The notes under the pieces were generated by a model that worked only from the letters and a program-made list of their open reading frames with translations, was not told the origin of the DNA and did no database searches. Positions 1-13,684 of a stretch of 64,000 nt of DNA are shown here, one piece after another (position 1 is the first letter of the stretch; each line of letters starts with the position of its first letter). The position numbers and the translations under genes are program-made. Source of the stretch: Octopus sinensis (lineage: Eukaryota); NCBI RefSeq assembly GCF_006345805.1, contig NC_043005.1, positions 39,060,001 to 39,124,000 on the forward strand, given 5' to 3'.

Positions 1-5
1 ATATA

Positions 6-6
6 A

Positions 7-91
<85 letters not shown>

Positions 92-94
92 CGC

Positions 95-120
<26 letters not shown>
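6..120. repeat. (AGAT)n then (AG)n microsatellite
   Basis: Direct reading of tandem units. Confidence 0.95.
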
Positions 121-125
<5 letters not shown>

Positions 126-1958
126 ATGGATTTATACATACGTAAATAAATACGTATCCATTTACAGATGTATGATATACGTAGGTGTATGCGTGTTCCT
201 GTGCACGCAAACAATATCTATGTTTGCATTTCAGTAATTCTTTATCGTTAATGTCCCAAATCTAAGTAAGCTGATCGCGTTGTACAGTCTTGAAACCAAT
301 TTCGTAAATGTATTTCACAGACTTTTCATATATTTGGTAATATTCCATATTGGAATAGTTATTGCTCTCATAGTAGAAAGTAGAGCTTTTCAAAAACTAA
401 ATGTATCTGAGTGAACTAGCCGCAAAATAACTACTCTGTATATGGTGCACAGTCAATGATATTTTAATAATATTTATACACACAAAAAACACTAAAAAAA
501 TTGTCAGTCTTTCTGCATACTGTAAGATTTAAGATGTGATTCTTTCGGTAAACTAAACTTTTTCTATAAGAAGAAACTGATATCGATCATCTGATAATTT
601 GTGATCAAAGACGGTATGAAGTAGCCAGATCTATGCACATCATTCATTGATGGGGAAAGTAGTCACATTGTGAATCATTCAGTGACGGTGACCGAGGATG
701 TAATTCATCCCGATATATGAATCGATCATTCGTGGTGAAAGAGAGTATTAGATTAGCATATCTGTGTATTACTCCTTGACACTCAATAACAATGTAACAT
801 GTCCAGAACGATGAATCGAGAGTCATTGACAGTCAAGGACTTTATAAGAAGGCCAGATCTAGAAATCAGCCGTTGAGAAAAGTAAAGACTTTTCTAGTTA
901 ACAGTATAGATGCAGCCATAGCTGTGTCGATGATGTATTGGCTTCCTATCTACGCCTTATAGGGTTCGATCCTCCTATCCAGCACATAATCTTCTTTCGA
1001 CCAATTTTTTTATGAAAGAAATTTGGAAAGCAGCAACTGTATGGAAGCCTGTATGTCCAAGTGTACCTGTTCTAGTGGGTTTTTCGTTCTCTGTAGCTTG
1101 GTCTCGCGCTTCATCCTGGACTTTGGATGCCCCTAGCAGAGAACATCCTGTTGCAATCATTCAGGTTATGTTTTTTTCTGAAGGTCAGTTTTCTTCTGCA
1201 CAGTTCATGAGATCCTGTAGGTGTTATACATACGCTCCTGATTCTTAAGAAACTTAGGATCGTCTGCACCAACACTAATTAATCCACTCTATAAAAAAGT
1301 TTGATAAATTAAACTGCGAGGAATAAAGTATCATACATTCATGTTTCTTGCATTTGCCTAAGGGTGTGGAAGAGAAAGAAAAAGGCTATCGCTTCTGTTG
1401 TGAGCCAGTAAATAAATATTTTCGTACCTCCACAATCAAAGCCACTGTATTATTTGTTCCCGACTTCCAGATGAGGAGCAGAACCAGAACCATAAACTGT
1501 ATTGCTCACAGTAATTAAGCTTCAGAAACTATTCTATGGAATAAATTGATTTATCTTGCGTGGGTTTAAGATAACCAATTCTATTCACCATAAATTCCAT
1601 CAAAGAGAGTGTAAGATAACCGAATTAATAAAGAGCCAAATTTGCCGTTTTCCGACGTCGAAATGTAAAGTCACTGACTCATTTCTGTGATAAAAACCTT
1701 AGATAAATCTTGGTTTCTTTTCAGCAAGTTTATGCTAATTGATCTTTTTCTTTTATAGTTTAAATATGAACAATCATGATTCTTCTGGCGCTGAGAAATA
1801 GCATGTTATATTAATAGCATAAACGAAAATGAAGTAGTATCTATCAGGAATTGATATTGCATTAAGTTGAATTCATACGGAGCTGACAAATATCTTGCTC
1901 TTTAACATTTCAATTGTTTCCTTTACGTCTATCGCAAAACACAGGTCCCACAAAGCCT

Positions 1959-2327
1959 CTTTTACTCTTTTTACTCTTTTTACTTGTTTCAGTCATTTGA
2001 CTGCGGCCATGCTGGAGCACCACCTTTTAGTACTTATTCTATCGGTCTCTTTTTGCCGAACCGCTAAGTGACGGGGACGTAAACACACCAGCATCGGTTG
2101 TCAAGCAATGCTAGGGGGACAAACACAGACACACAATCACACACATATATACATATATATACATATATACGACAGGCTTCTTTCAGTTTCCGTCTACCAA
2201 ATCCACTCACAAGGCATTGGTCGGCCCGGGGCGATAGCAGAAGACACTTGCCCAAGATGCCACGCAGTGGGACTGAACCCGCAACCGTGTGGTTGGTTAG
2301 CAAGCTACTTACCACACAGCCACTCCG
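1959..2327 (-). mobile_element. Full-length tRNA-derived SINE, family A
   Basis: Minus strand starts CGGAGTGGCTGTGTGGTAAG (A-box-like) ... GGTTCAGTCCC (B-box-like), then a CORE-like TCTTGGGCAAGTGTC segment, an internal CA/TA microsatellite, and a 3' tail ending CAGTCAAATGACTGAAACAAGT plus AAAAGAGT-type repeats. Many partial copies occur in the window. Confidence 0.85.
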
Positions 2328-2439
2328 AGTATAACTTGTTTTTTTTTTTTTGTTGTTGTGTACAGATAGCTGAGATTACAGCACTCATCACAACCTGTAC
2401 GGGACGCTGGTCCGACAAAAGATAAACTTCTCAGTTATT

Positions 2440-2545
2440 GCTGGAGCTCATTTTGCAGCTGAGTGGGGTGGAGCAAAGTGAAAATTAAGGGTTTTGCCCA
2501 AGAACAAAACGCACAGTCGCGTTTAGGAATCGAGAGCGCAACACT
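2440..2545 (-). mobile_element. SINE family C fragment
   Basis: Reverse complement TTGGGCAAAACCCTTAATTTTCACTTTGCTCCACCCCACTCAGCTG resembles the body of 3348-3660. Confidence 0.55.
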
Positions 2546-2844
2546 CAACCATCTTGGTCATTCGCATTCCATATTAGATTAAACAGAATTTATTATTACA
2601 ATCGGCAATGTAGGGAGTGGGTATAGTCGAAAGCATTGACTAGTACATAACTGGTACTAATTTTATCATAAATTTAGAATGGTGAAGAATACAGTTGAAT
2701 CCCTATTTTGAAACAAAATGTGAACAAGTACGTATGTCACTAAAAGTCAGAAGAGAAGACATTTTCTCAAAAATAGGATTCTTATAATCGATCCGCTCTA
2801 CCTTCAGATAATATATCATTGACATTTTCTAACATACAGCTGCA

Positions 2845-2980
2845 TATGTGTTTGCCTGGCTAATACGCTTACTTTGCAGCCAGTTGGTTTCAGTTTCAAA
2901 CCCACTGCGTGACACTCTAGGCAAATGTCTACTGCTATTGCCTCTGGTCAATCCATGTCTTCTAAGTGAATTTAGGGTTA
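2845..2980 (+). mobile_element. SINE family A head fragment
   Basis: CCCACTGCGTGACACTCTAGGCAAATGTCTACTGCTAT resembles the head of 1959-2327. Confidence 0.6.
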
Positions 2981-3261
2981 AAGAACTTCTCTTTTTTTCA
3001 ATTTTCCTAGTTTTCTCTCTCCATTATCAGTTGCTTTACTCTCCTGCTGCAAATTTCATTCACCTTCTCGATTATTCTCCATGAACTTACTCCCTCTCAG
3101 TCATCCAATCTGATTCACTGTCTGTCTGTCTATCTATTACTTATCTGTCAGTCTGTATGTCTGTCATCCTTACTCTCTCCCTCTCTCACTCTCTCTCTCT
3201 CTCTCGCACACAAATGTATATACATGTATTTGTGTTGAAAGGTATATAAAAGTGTGTGTGT

Positions 3262-3340
<79 letters not shown>

Positions 3341-3347
3341 CATGTAT

Positions 3348-3660
3348 GGTGAAGGCACGTGGCTTAATGGTTGGGGTATTCGACTCGCAGGCGTGAGTTC
3401 AATTCTTGGCGGCGCGTTGTGCCCTTGAGTAACACCGTTTATTTCACGTTGCTCCATACCACTCAAGGGCAAAAAAGGAGTCGTACCTGTAAAACAAAGG
3501 GCCAGTCTTGTCACATTCTGTGTCACGCAGATTCTCCCTGAGAACTATGTTTACGTCTGTCTGTACAGTGCCCAACCTCTTACACATTGATTTCAGGAGC
3601 ATCAAGCTGCCACGTTGATCGGATCAGCTAGAATCCTTGCCGTCGTAACCGACTGAATGC
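3348..3660 (+). mobile_element. tRNA-derived SINE, family C
   Basis: GGCACGTGGCTTAATGGTT (A-box-like), GAGTTCAATTC (B-box-like), body CCCTTGAGTAACACCGTTTATTTCACGTTGCTCC; follows a (TA)n tract. Confidence 0.7.
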
Positions 3661-3894
3661 TAATTAGTATATATGATATTGACGTCAGTATTAACAATTC
3701 TCGATCGGCACTTTTCGGACGATTATGGTTCCTGTTAGTGTATATGTTTCCAGTCATGTGCTTTGACTACAGTATTAGAGCAGTTTAGCTCTTCTTTCTA
3801 ACAATGTAGGTGTTCCCTAACACCTTGGCCACATTTGGTGACAATTATAATTTTACCTTTTGGTAAGACTTTGCAAACTGCTGTTCATATTAAT

Positions 3895-4290
<396 letters not shown>

Positions 4291-5480
4291 GTGTGTTTGT
4301 GCGTGTATTTATATCTTGCTATCCACTTTCTACCCATCTACTGGCGTATATTTCTTTTCATTATATCTTTCTCGTATGTTAAGATTTCTCAATAACTTTC
4401 TATACATCTCCTTACTGCTTCTCATCTCTCACTTCCAATTTTTCCTCATAGACTCTTGTCTTTCTCACTTCTCCTCTATAGTTTCTTTAATTTCCGTCTT
4501 TCCCTATATGCTTTCTCTCTCTTTTTCTCTACATTGACCTTCACCGTGTGATCTCGTTCACCATCTTTTCTTCATTCTTTCACCTCTCATGTTTCCCTCT
4601 CACTATCTCTAACGCTATACTTCTATCTATCACCCTCTCTCTACTTCTAACCATCTCCTTTCTTTTTATTTCCTTGCTCTTACTGTCCCCGCCAGCTTCT
4701 CGTTACATCCTCTAACTAACCGACATATATAATTTCATAGCAACGACGACACAGAATACTCCACATATAGTCACACCTATCCACATCCGTCCATACCTAT
4801 CAACACCTATTGACACTTATCAACACTTAGCTATCCACAAAATCGACAACAATAACAAACAACAAAACAAAACAACCTACGACTTGGAGGGGGAGATAAG
4901 AAGCTAAACAAACAGACTTAACTTCTCGGCGAACATTACGTGTTAAATCTTAATTACACACCAAGGTCGGCACTATTTCTTTATTTCGTTCGTTGTTTTA
5001 AAATTCGTTTGTTTTTCCGGATGTTTTTAAATATCTTCTAACAAAGTAATAAATAAATAAATAAATAATGATATAAAAATACAGCATTCTAATGCCATAT
5101 ATAGTTATGTTTGTATATTGGCCGGCTTTCCTAAAAAGGTTTAATTTGTTGCGAAGATAACAAAAAATATATATTACACACTACGTATGGTGCTAAAATT
5201 CTATTGGTGTTGAGAGTATTATATTTTGCAATCTATCTGTCTGACTGCCTGCTGGCCGCCTCGCTGGTTTGATGGTGGGTGGGTCATTCACTCAGTTGGT
5301 TAGTTGAGTGATTTTGTATGGGTTGCGGTTTCCATCGTTAACAGCTACAATGGTTGTTATCGTAGTCGCTGTTTGTAACGTTCATGTTACTCATGGTTGT
5401 GAGGAAGTGTTGGAGGTGACGTAGGATGTTGTGACGATGATAGTCCTAGTAGAGGTTTTGTATGTATATGTGTGTGTGGT

Positions 5481-5519
<39 letters not shown>

Positions 5520-5521
<2 letters not shown>

Positions 5522-5970
5522 ATGTCAGGTCACTTTCGAGTGCTACTGGTAACATGTAACCCAGTACAATCTGTTGCATGGTCGGGTCGTCGGCGACTAA
5601 ACCGGCAACCCCACAAAGCTTGCTTGGTGAGGAGGCTGTTTATTGGACACTCTGTGGGATGAAAAACAAAACCCATCAAAGGGCGGAGGAACTCTTGAGA
5701 GTCAACGGCCATCCAATAAATGTCTTAAGGATTTATCATGCGCAGGGACATAGAAATAATCGGACTGAATACCCAATCGCGTGGTTAGACCATTGGGAGT
5801 GAATGACTCCTAGCCTGTGTTAGGGCATCCTTCTAGGAGAAGGTAACTTAGGTAAATGGGATAACTCCGACATAAAACCTGCGGCTCACTGGTTACGATG
5901 ATGTTCACTTCTTCTTTTCGGATTGTGGCTGCTGTTGGCCATACTCGATAACGAGGGGGCAGCCACCATG
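5520..5970 (+). mobile_element. Probable 5' UTR fragment of an RTE-type LINE
   Basis: GC-richer block with GGAGAAGGTAACT...AAAACCTG resembling RTE 5' UTRs; no ORF follows. Recognition only. Confidence 0.3.
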
Positions 5971-6251
5971 TATGTATGTATATATAATCGGTTAGGCAGA
6001 GCTGACACGTTTCAGTATGCTTTAGCCACTCGGTATACCCTCCTCCACCTCCCTCGATCTTAGCGTTCTAATGATAAAGAAATAAATTAAAAATATGACG
6101 CTGAGTGTGTATGTTTGCGTGCAAGTAACTGTATGAGATTGTGTTTAAATGTGTTTGTGTGTGTACGCATAACTGTATGAGACTGTGTGTTTCTGTGTCT
6201 CCGCGTAACCGGAACGAACCGAAGTATTAATTTACAAATTCTGAGCATGTA

Positions 6252-7162
6252 TCTATAATACATTAAAAGTCAAATTGAATCTTGCTTGCTTGCAATTTTA
6301 CTCATCCAAACTGGCGCATAATGGGAAAATATCATTAAATGTAAGTACGAACGGAATGAAACAAATTTCACATAAATCGAATAAGTGGTTGTGAAGATAT
6401 TAAGGATTTTCAGGGTATAAATACCCATAACGGTGCATAATGGGAAAAGTCTCCGAAATTTACTTAATTCTGAAAGGAAAGTAACTCCTACTTTTCGATT
6501 AACAACGAAAAAATACGATTTGATTTTTGTACAGTAAACGTTTCTATTTCCGCTTTTGTTAAACACAATATTTTAATCATTTAGAAATATTTTTAAGTGA
6601 ATGTGATTTCAAAAGTACAAGGTGTTTGTACAATAAGCATTTATATCTTAGCTTTCTTTAAACAGATAATATTTCATTTTTTCTTTAAATATGTTCAAGT
6701 GAATACCATTGCAAATTCTTTTTTTTTTTTGTTTAAGCATTTCGTAAAACATCCGTTTGTGACTTCGGGGTGAAATAAATTTTTTCCGTAGGCTTTTTTG
6801 GAGTGCATTCAAAGTATCTCAGTTACAAAGATTTTGGCTGCTTTTTCTAGTACGTCCTTCTTATTTCTTTATTGCCCACAATAGGCTAAACACAGAGGGG
6901 ACAAAAAAGGACAGACAAACGGATTAAGTCGATTATATCGACCCCAGTGCGTAACCCGCGATACGTGGTAGCAGGGCGTGCAAGACATAGCATAAATACC
7001 TATCCTTTCCTCGGGAAAGGAGCCGTTTACGTGTGATATCGATGTCACATTCGTTCAAAACATGTAACATAACCAGGAAAAGAAAAAAAGCCAACAAAAC
7101 AGAAGCCCGTTGCTGGGAAACTCAGACTTTCCCGGTGACCCGACCAGTCGCGGGTAGTCTAG
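6252..7162 (+). mobile_element. Non-autonomous Helitron, both termini intact (911 bp)
   Basis: A|TCTATAATACATTAAAAG 5' end; subterminal hairpin CCCGGTGAC...GTCGCGGG; CTAG|T 3' end; second copy at 60977-61896. Confidence 0.85.
6859..6954 (-). mobile_element. 3' fragment of SINE family B inside the Helitron
   Basis: Reverse complement matches the tail of 19601-19828 (GTCCCCTCT..GTTTA..C..TTGTGG.CAATAAAGAAATA); absent from the second Helitron copy. Confidence 0.8.
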
Positions 7163-7181
7163 TATATGTTATAATGAAGGA

Positions 7182-7352
7182 AATTGTGGTATACGGTGCC
7201 TAGTTGCACTACAACTAAAAAAAGGCCATCAAATATACTGTTGGCGGATTTCAGGAAGAAGGATGTTGTGTCTCGACATCTAACCAGTAATGTAGGTAAT
7301 TTGTTCCATGCTTCAGCAATTCTGACCGTGAAAAATGTTTTCGAGAGTCATA
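7182..7352 (-). mobile_element. CR1-type LINE 3' end fragment
   Basis: Minus strand encodes [14 protein letters not shown] (CR1 ORF2 C-terminal motif); related to 8873-9126. Confidence 0.75.
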
Positions 7353-7377
7353 GGTGGTGGTGTTTGGTTTTTGATTT

Positions 7378-7930
<553 letters not shown>

Positions 7931-7975
7931 ATATTTACGTGAGTGCGTGCATATGAGCGTATCAGTGAGTGTAAA

Positions 7976-8132
7976 TAGAGTAGAGTTTCTTCAGATTTAC
8001 GAACCTACGGATGAAACTGCTATTAAATAATATATTTAACTCCTATCAAATGAGGTGAATGCTGCTTTCATTCAATTCTCTACACATTCATATATACACC
8101 CATATATAAAAATTTTTACACGTAAGTACATA

Positions 8133-8179
<47 letters not shown>

Positions 8180-8370
8180 GTAAATACCCAAGTGTGACCA
8201 GGTTACAGCCAGTTCGATGAAATTTTGGGTAGCAAATATACGATTAAATGACATTAAAGCTAACAGCTTTTGTGTGCTTGTGGCGAAAATGTGTCGTTTT
8301 TATAAATATATATATATATTCTTTTACTCGTTTCAGTCATTCGATTGCGGCCATACTAGAGCAGCACCTT

Positions 8371-8449
<79 letters not shown>

Positions 8450-8871
8450 TTATTTATATATGTGTGTGTGTACATATATACACATAAGCCTGTACATGCA
8501 TAAACATATGTTCACAGGAAGTGATAGACAGGCACAGAGACACCCAAACAGACAGCCAGCTATAGATACACTTGTCAGTGAACGAATGAAAGAAAGTAGT
8601 AGTCTATTGATTTTCTTAGACTTACAAGTACTCAGTAACGGCTGGTTCACTTCCATACTCCTTTAAGTTTCGAAGGCGGGTCTGTTGAAATTCCTGTCTA
8701 CTGAAATTTTCGAGACTGTTTTACTTATGCCTGAAATGGGGGTGGGGGTTAGAGTAGAGTTTCTACAGATTTACGAGCTTACGAATGAAACTGCTATTAA
8801 ATAATATATTTAACTCCTATCAAATGAGGTGAATGCCACTGTCTTTCAATTCTCCACACATTCATATATAC

Positions 8872-8872
<1 letters not shown>
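7976..8872 (+). repeat. Local ~123-bp direct duplication (7976-8098 and 8750-8872)
   Basis: Shared TAGAGTAGAGTTTCT...GAAACTGCTATTAAATAATATATTTAACTCCTATCAAATGAGGTGAATGC...CACATTCATATATACA with scattered differences. Confidence 0.9.
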
Positions 8873-8939
<67 letters not shown>

Positions 8940-9126
8940 TGTGTACAGTGCTCAGGTGCACTACAACTCATCTAAAGTGTATATATAATCAGGTGTAGTT
9001 TCGGCGGATTTCGGAAAGCATGAGGGCCTTAAAGGATGCAGTGTCATGGCAGTCAACAACTGACGCAGGCAGTTTATTCCATGCTTCAGCAACTCTGAGC
9101 GTGAAAAAATGTTTCCGAAAGTCATG
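8873..9126 (-). mobile_element. CR1-type LINE 3' end with (ATT)n tail
   Basis: Minus strand [33 protein letters not shown], short UTR, (ATT)n tail at 8873-8940. Confidence 0.8.
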
Positions 9127-9173
9127 TATGTATGTATATATATATACATATATATATATATCTTTGTATGTAT

Positions 9174-9225
<52 letters not shown>

Positions 9226-9227
<2 letters not shown>

Positions 9228-10102
9228 TTTGATACTTTGATACTTTGATAGGTTTCGGCCATTATTGGCCCAGGCCATGTCTAACTTAATAGCACCACCT
9301 GGTGAAGTCTTTCAAGTCAGAATTTGGGCACTATGGCCCACTCAAGTAGAGAGTTATTGTTTACAGAGACATATCAGGGTGTAGGGGGTTTATCCGGGAT
9401 TTCTTGAAGGAATCTGTCCAAAGACTTCTTGAACCTATAAGGTCAGTTTCTGTTTTAATGTGTTTTGGTGTAATGTTAAAGAGAGCGGGGCCAATTGAGG
9501 TGAAATAATTGTGCTGTATTGTTGTTATGAGATGAGAGTGCGATTTTTGTTTTGGGCGGATGACACGGGGCCCAAGCCTTGGATGTACCTTAAAGGTGAT
9601 GCCAACATCATTTTGGCAATGCTGATGGAATATTTTCCACATCATGCAGATGATGTAGCGCTCACGACGACGTTGGAGAGAATAAAGTTTTAGCTTTTCT
9701 AGTCGACCCCAATAGTCGAGGCCTGTCATGCCATCTATCTTTTTTCTGATTGCCCTTTGAGGTGCTTAAACTTTTATGATACTTTGTATTGTGTGGGGAG
9801 ACCACAGTGGACAACAGTATTCAAGGTGGGGTCGGGCAAAAGTGGAGAAGAGAAGGATAATGGTGTGGATATCTCTCGACTGGAAAGTTCTGAGAATCCA
9901 GGAACACATTCTGCGGGTCATGTCAACTTTGGTGTTTATATGAGTGGCCCAGCTTATGTTCTTGTCCACAATTACTCCCAAGTCTCTGATGTTGTTGGAC
10001 GCCGCGAGAGTTTCACCTGAAGGAAGGGAGTATGGGAGTTTCAGGGCATCCTCTTTTCCAAAGTGGATTAACTCAAATTTATCCTCGTTCAGCAGCATAT
10101 TG
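9226..10102 (-). mobile_element. 5'-truncated CR1/jockey-group LINE (RT C-terminal half), frameshifted
   Basis: ORFs 9766-10098 (LNEDKFELIHF..IRDLGVIVD..W.THI..RPHLEYCCPLWSP) and 9361-9729 (LKLYSLQRRRERY); 3' tail (ATCAAAGT)x3. Confidence 0.9.
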
Positions 10103-10115
10103 TTTTTTTCTGCCC

Positions 10116-10138
<23 letters not shown>

Positions 10139-10150
<12 letters not shown>

Positions 10151-10907
10151 GTTTTCTTTAAGTATTAGAAATAGTTTTAAAAAAGTTTTTTTAGCTGCTA
10201 TTTCTAATGAGTTCAGTATGCGGCAAAGTAATTTATTTTACTAAGCCCTTTTATATAATGTAATAATTTGAATTCGCCTTAAATGGTCCCTTTGCATACT
10301 GAATACTTGGTGAAATTGATTAATTAATTAATTTTACCCTCAATTGTTGAAATTATAATTCATCTCTCTCTATATAATGCCTCGGATTTTACCGAAAAAA
10401 GCATAGTGTTTACTGATTTTAACCCACGCTGGTGGAAAGGGGAGAGCAGAAATTCTTCGCTTGCATTTTTGAGTTTGTTGGCACTGTTAGTTCCGAGCAG
10501 ATCTTCAGAAGCGATAAGAAGCCGAAAGGGTATGCTCCCACTTTCAGTGTTTTCAAATCCAAACCAGGGAGTTCTGAGCTGATGATAGAAATGTCGAGTT
10601 TGACTAATCTTGAAACGTACGTTCTCAAATAACCTTTGCATTTGATTTTTTAATGTCTCTACCCCCATACTTTCGTGAGTTGAATTGAGCAAACACTATA
10701 TGAGAGAGGTTTTCTTTAAGTATTAGAAATAGTTTTAAAAAAGTTTTTTTAGCTGCTATTTCTAATGAGTTCAGTATGCGGCAAAGTAATTTATTTTACT
10801 AAGCCCTTTTATATAATGTAATAATTTGAATTCGCCTTAAATGGTCCCTTTGCATACTGAATACTTGGTGAAATTGATTAATTAATTAATTTTACCCTCA
10901 ATTGTTG

Positions 10908-10915
<8 letters not shown>
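10139..10915 (+). mobile_element. Non-coding HHR element: 219-bp direct terminal repeats, 558-bp period, (TA)n on both sides
   Basis: 10139-10357 and 10697-10915 show no differences by eye; the unique middle contains an HHR. Confidence 0.75.
10575..10627 (+). ncRNA. Type I hammerhead ribozyme, intact core
   Basis: TGAG-CTGATGA-T AGA AAT GTC GAGTTT GAC TAA TCT T-GAAA-CGTACG-T-T-CTCA; stem I TGAG/CTCA, palindromic stem III ACGTACGT, predicted GUU cleavage 3' of 10623. Confidence 0.75.
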
Positions 10916-10969
<54 letters not shown>

Positions 10970-11289
10970 TATACATATAGCCATTTCTCTGTAGATCGCA
11001 AAAATAGTGACCAACCTTTATCGCGTTTCGAATTATCATTTTTATGAACAGATGGTCTACATCCAGGACAACGAAGTTACTAGTCTATTTATATACTACC
11101 AACCCAAATTAACGAAGTGACTTGTATCCTTATATTCTTAAGAGTTCCACTAGTTATAATAAACTGGGATGATTGATTTGCTTCTTATAAATGCTAATAC
11201 TTTATTTATTATCAGAATCCTGTCAACGTTGACTTCAGTTCGCACAGTAACAAGGTGTGATATATGTAACCTACACAGTAGTTATATAA

Positions 11290-11309
11290 TCAGATATACA
11301 TATACACAT

Positions 11310-11395
<86 letters not shown>

Positions 11396-11494
11396 GTGCA
11401 TATATATATGTGTATATATATATATTTATATATTTGTATATGTATATATACATATATATATATTTATGTATATATGTATGTATATATGTATATA

Positions 11495-11553
<59 letters not shown>

Positions 11554-11701
11554 ATATATATATGAATATATGAATATATATGTGTGTATATATATATATA
11601 TGTATGTATGCATATATATAGAGAGAGAGAGACAGACACAGACACACACACACATACAGATAGATAGAAAGATAAATGTTTATGTGTATGTATATACCCA
11701 C

Positions 11702-11732
<31 letters not shown>

Positions 11733-11755
11733 TGTATGTATGTATGTATGTATAT
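11290..11755. repeat. Compound CA/TA/GT/AG/TATG microsatellite block
   Basis: Direct reading. Confidence 0.95.
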
Positions 11756-13009
11756 GAGAATGTGTGTTGGTACGTGTGCAAAGTATTGGATTTGAGTTTC
11801 AATATTCTTGATAACTGCCACCTCAGTAACAAAGTTGTAGAGATATTTTAAAGGAAAAGCTCCGTTTCTTTGAATCATCCTTTTCGTCATAAAGACGTGT
11901 GTGTTGTCTGTGTGTGTACGTGTGTATTTGTATATATATCAGTGTGTTTGCATATATATCCGTGTGTTTGCATGCATATATGTACAATTGAGAAAATGTT
12001 AACAGACTCGGATAGAACATGTAAATCTAGATCAATTGTCCGGCATGTGCAAATAACACAGTTACTGCAAATATTATGCTTGTCACACATTTTATGCAGG
12101 CCAGTCGATTTTGCATTAACATGTGATTAAAAGTGCCGCGGCTTTCCTAGAAAAAAATACTTAACTCTCTCAGTGAAATTTATATTTGCTCTCAGACGCA
12201 GATTCTCTGTGTGCACGTCATGTTTCCTTCTGTTTCATTTTATTTTATGCTAATGTTTTGTCGCACCGTTTTGTTTCGTCGCTTCGTGTATTCTTTGTAT
12301 TTTGCCTTTATTTTTTTTTTCGGTTTGAATTTACTTTACGTTCTATTTTCGTTGTCTTTTTTTTCTGTGGGGAGGAGTGATGAGTGAGAGAGAGAGTCAT
12401 GGTGGTTATTGTTTTATATTCATTTCATGAATTGTGCAGTATTGGCAATAACTAAAACAACAAGTTATGCTGTCACATGTATTACATATATGAAACCACA
12501 AAGACAGCAATTTCGTTAGCTAATGTTAAAAAGCACAAAACGTAACCAAACGCAACAAAGGAAAAACAGAAGAAAAGAACCAGCTTCAACCACGACAGTG
12601 GTAGTTTTTTCTTTATCAGGTTTTACTGAGAGCAAGACTATGTCAACAACAACTACAGCAAGAACAGTAACAACAACACTGACGACAGCTGTAACAACAA
12701 CAGCACTGCTTTATTGTATGAGTCGAGACGTTCTATGACGTAAGAAACTTTACGTTGCTAACGATTTTGACAATAACACTAACGATGACAACAGACATTC
12801 ATTGTAGTTATTTCAACAGATATGATGACAAAAGCTGCTAATATAGACCACACTACAGTCATTCATATAACATGCCTGTATGGCGCTACTACTGCGACAC
12901 TCAGGCCCCTCACGTAGACGTACACAACAAAACAAAAGCACTCGTACACACACTCGTATCAACATACATATTCTCACAGATGCCATATTATTTCCAAAGC
13001 AATATTTTC

Positions 13010-13420
13010 TCTTTTATCTTTTACTTTTTACAGTGATTGGACTGCGACCATGCTGGTGCACCAGCTTGAAGGAATTTTAGTAGTACAAATCGACTCAAGA
13101 AATAATTTTTCAAAAGCCTAGCACCTACTTGTGTCACTATAGCCGTATCGCTAAGCCACGCAGACATAAACAAAACAACATCGGATATAAAGAGCTCCTA
13201 AAGATAGACACAAACACACACACATAATCACGTACACATACACGCACACGCATGTACACAAACACACGTACACATGCACACACACACATATATCTTTTAT
13301 ATTTTAGTTGTCTCAGTAACTGGATAGCTGCTATGCTGGAGGACCACATTGAAATAGTTTTAGTTGAACCAGGGTCCATATAAGATTTTGTTGGTAAAAT
13401 GTCCATGTAATAAATTGGAT
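13010..13420 (-). mobile_element. Decayed SINE family A pieces (two tails, CA-rich middle)
   Basis: GACTGCGACCATGCTGGTGCACC and GCTGCTATGCTGGAGGACCAC resemble the family A tail. Confidence 0.55.
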
Positions 13421-13640
13421 ATATCTGCAATACACGAAGTATTTTAACAGTTTTTATTCCATTCCTAATGATGTTTAAATATACAAGGTGTCTTTAAATC
13501 GAATGGCTATGGGTAAAATTGGAACCAAAGGGGTCCATAGCTGAAACATGATTGAGAAACATTGACCGAAACCATCTCTATATAATTATAGCCAATATAC
13601 TGTTGGTTGCTTGACTTGATGATCCTCCACCATTCTTTAC

Positions 13641-13684
<44 letters not shown>

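Noticed and set aside
640-1275. Possible decayed RT (ADD motif near 1260, minus strand)
   Set aside because: No further RT motifs could be aligned.
2269-2327. tRNA-like sequences at SINE heads
   Set aside because: A/B boxes run into SINE bodies without a full cloverleaf; not tRNA genes.
10360-10692. ORFs on both strands within the 558-bp HHR element
   Set aside because: No recognisable motif; not PLE-like; probably chance.
10139-10915. LTR/TRIM interpretation of the direct repeats
   Set aside because: No TG..CA termini, PBS, PPT or 4-6 bp TSD.
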